A program made the position numbers and the translations under genes. A DNA stretch of 64,000 bases, from NCBI GenBank assembly GCA_048620455.1, contig JBMCFH010000002.1, positions 513 through 64,512 of the forward strand, in the 5' to 3' direction. How positions within the stretch are numbered: the stretch's first letter is position 1; the number at the start of each line of letters is the position of its first letter. Below, piece by piece: positions 62,633 to 64,000 of the stretch. Below the pieces are notes generated by a model. It saw only the letters and a program-made list of their open reading frames with translations. It ran no database searches and was not told the DNA's origin. Source of the stretch: Chloroflexota bacterium (GTDB lineage Bacteria; Chloroflexota; Anaerolineae; Promineifilales; Promineifilaceae).

Positions 62633-64000
62633 ATGCCTGAATCACCTTCTATTATCATCTTCGGCGCTTCCGGCGACCTGACGTGGCGCAAATTGATTCC
62701 GGCGTTCTTCAATTTATATCGCAAGGAGCGCCTTCCTGATGACTTTCGCATCGTAGGCTACGCACGATCGGAGTATTCCCAGGATGAGTTCCGGAAGCAT
62801 CTGCAGGACGGAGTGAGTCAGTTTGCCAGCCTTGAAGGGGACGAGGAGTTATGGCGCGACTTCGCAGAGCGGCTGCACTATGTGCAGGGCGGCTATGACG
62901 ACGCAGAAGACATGAAACGCCTGGGTCAGCGCCTGAAGGAGCTTGAACCGGAAGGCGCAGGACACCTCTACTATCTATCGGTGCCGCCCATCCTGTACGC
63001 GACGATCGTCGATTGTCTGGGAAAGGTGGACATGGCGCGCCCCGGAAATGGTTGGCGACGTCTGGTCATCGAAAAGCCTTTCGGACACGATCTGCAATCG
63101 GCGCGCGAGCTTAACCGCCAATTACACCAGGTCGTCGGCGAAGACCAGATCTTCCGCATCGATCACTATCTGGGCAAAGAAACGGTGCAAAACATCCTGG
63201 TGTTCCGCTTTGCCAACGCCATCTTCGAACCTGTATGGAACCGCAATTACGTCAGCCACGTGCAAATCACCGCGGCAGAGGATGTTGATGTTGAACACCG
63301 CGCCGGATATTACGATGACGTGGGCGTCTTGCGTGACATGTTCCAGAATCACCTGATGCAACTGCTGGCGTTGGTCAGCATGGAACCTCCCACATCCTTT
63401 GAAGCGGACGCCTTGCGCAATGAGAAAGTGAAGGTGTTGTCGGCCATTCGCCCGCTGTCGCCGGAGGAACTGGCCCACCAGAGCGCGCGAGGGCAGTATG
63501 AAGGGTACTGTGACACCAAAGAGGTTGACGAACAGTCGCAGACGGCAACGTTCGGGGCATTAAAACTGTACATTGACAACTGGCGCTGGCAGGGTGTCCC
63601 TTTCTACCTGCGCTCGGGGAAGGCTATGGCTCGCAAGACGACGGAAATCGTGGTGCACTTTAAGTGCCCGCCGCACCTCATGTTCCAATTGGATTCTGAA
63701 GACGACATGCGCGCCAACTACATCGCCCTCTGCATTCAGCCTAACGAAGGCATCCACCTGCGCTTTGAGGCCAAGGTGCCCGATAACACGACGATGCGCT
63801 CAGTTGATATGGAGTTCCACTACGGGGACGAATTTGGGCCCGCGGCAATTCCCGAAGCATATGAACGCCTGCTGCTGGACGCCCTCCAGGGCGACGCCGG
63901 GCTTTTCACGCGGGCAGACGAAATTGAGCTGGCCTGGCGCCTGATCGACTCTGTGATTGAAGCGTGGAAAACGGAACAGGCGCCGGCGCTGGAGTCGTAT
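62633..64000 (+). CDS. zwf: glucose-6-phosphate dehydrogenase, 3' end cut by window edge
   Basis: This ORF is not in the track because no stop occurs before the window end. My own translation from ATG 62633 gives [46 protein letters not shown] (the NADP motif GASGDL). Downstream are RIDHYLGKE and the EKPFGHD active-site region. The frame stays open for 456 codons to nt 64000. Confidence 0.9.
   Translation, partial: MPESPSIIIFGASGDLTWRKLIPAFFNLYRKERLPDDFRIVGYARSEYSQDEFRKHLQDGVSQFASLEGDEELWRDFAERLHYVQGGYDDAEDMKRLGQRLKELEPEGAGHLYYLSVPPILYATIVDCLGKVDMARPGNGWRRLVIEKPFGHDLQSARELNRQLHQVVGEDQIFRIDHYLGKETVQNILVFRFANAIFEPVWNRNYVSHVQITAAEDVDVEHRAGYYDDVGVLRDMFQNHLMQLLALVSMEPPTSFEADALRNEKVKVLSAIRPLSPEELAHQSARGQYEGYCDTKEVDEQSQTATFGALKLYIDNWRWQGVPFYLRSGKAMARKTTEIVVHFKCPPHLMFQLDSEDDMRANYIALCIQPNEGIHLRFEAKVPDNTTMRSVDMEFHYGDEFGPAAIPEAYERLLLDALQGDAGLFTRADEIELAWRLIDSVIEAWKTEQAPALESY

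Noticed and set aside
1-64000. Search for tRNA/rRNA genes, transposases, integrases, toxin-antitoxin pairs or classical defence genes (restriction, Cas, nucleases)
   Set aside because: No intergenic region shows a cloverleaf-compatible sequence or rRNA-like conservation. No ORF shows DDE/tyrosine-recombinase, PIN, HEPN, nuclease or methyltransferase-restriction motifs. The window appears to be core chromosome rather than a mobile or defence island.

Overview
This is a GC-rich, densely packed bacterial chromosomal window with about 57 protein-coding genes. I found no rRNA or tRNA genes, CRISPR array, transposase, integrase or prophage signature. The gene content suggests a Chloroflexota-like lineage, but this is inference only and I could not check it here. 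The supporting features are a RodZ-like HTH protein, tandem DUF374 acyltransferases, an LPXTG-type surface protein, a Zn-ribbon protein with acidic W-L repeats, a membrane-arm-only nuo cluster with two NuoM, and many 1-11 nt gene overlaps with weak SDs. Layout by block: (1) 1-9.3 kb holds mixed genes: DUF58 fragment, PAP2 phosphatase, stand-alone EF-G, stress-protein fusion, alpha/beta hydrolase, TPR protein and a protein carrying only an XPB-N-terminal-like domain. (2) 9.5-18.7 kb is an eight-gene, translationally coupled operon of membrane and surface proteins around a GlmL-like actin-fold ATPase and a 1155-aa Zn-ribbon/acidic-repeat protein. I cannot assign it to any known system, and it is my best candidate for an undescribed system. 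(3) 18.9-30.2 kb holds a duplicated REC-kinase protein, PspA plus a membrane coiled-coil neighbour, L9, RodZ-like, RimO, TlpA-like and a divergent Lgt-like protein, a hypothetical protein and MetRS. (4) 30.2-36 kb holds an O-methyltransferase, a GT-C glycosyltransferase, two GT2 enzymes and a surface protein with FlgD-Ig-like motifs. (5) 36-44.3 kb is a phospholipid/lipoprotein block: psd-pssA-2xDUF374 converging on an operon of CDP-alcohol transferase, Lgt, AIR-synthase-like protein, ABC ATPase and an ABC-2/SpoIIM fusion permease. (6) 45.4-47.9 kb holds only ATP synthase membrane and stalk genes: atpZ/I-like, a, c and a b/delta-C-terminal hybrid. (7) 48-57.7 kb holds nuoA-H-J-K-L-M-M-N with no peripheral-arm genes. 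(8) 57.9-64 kb holds glk-pgl-tal/pgi-zwf. All functional calls rest on motifs read by eye from the translations; no database search was possible.
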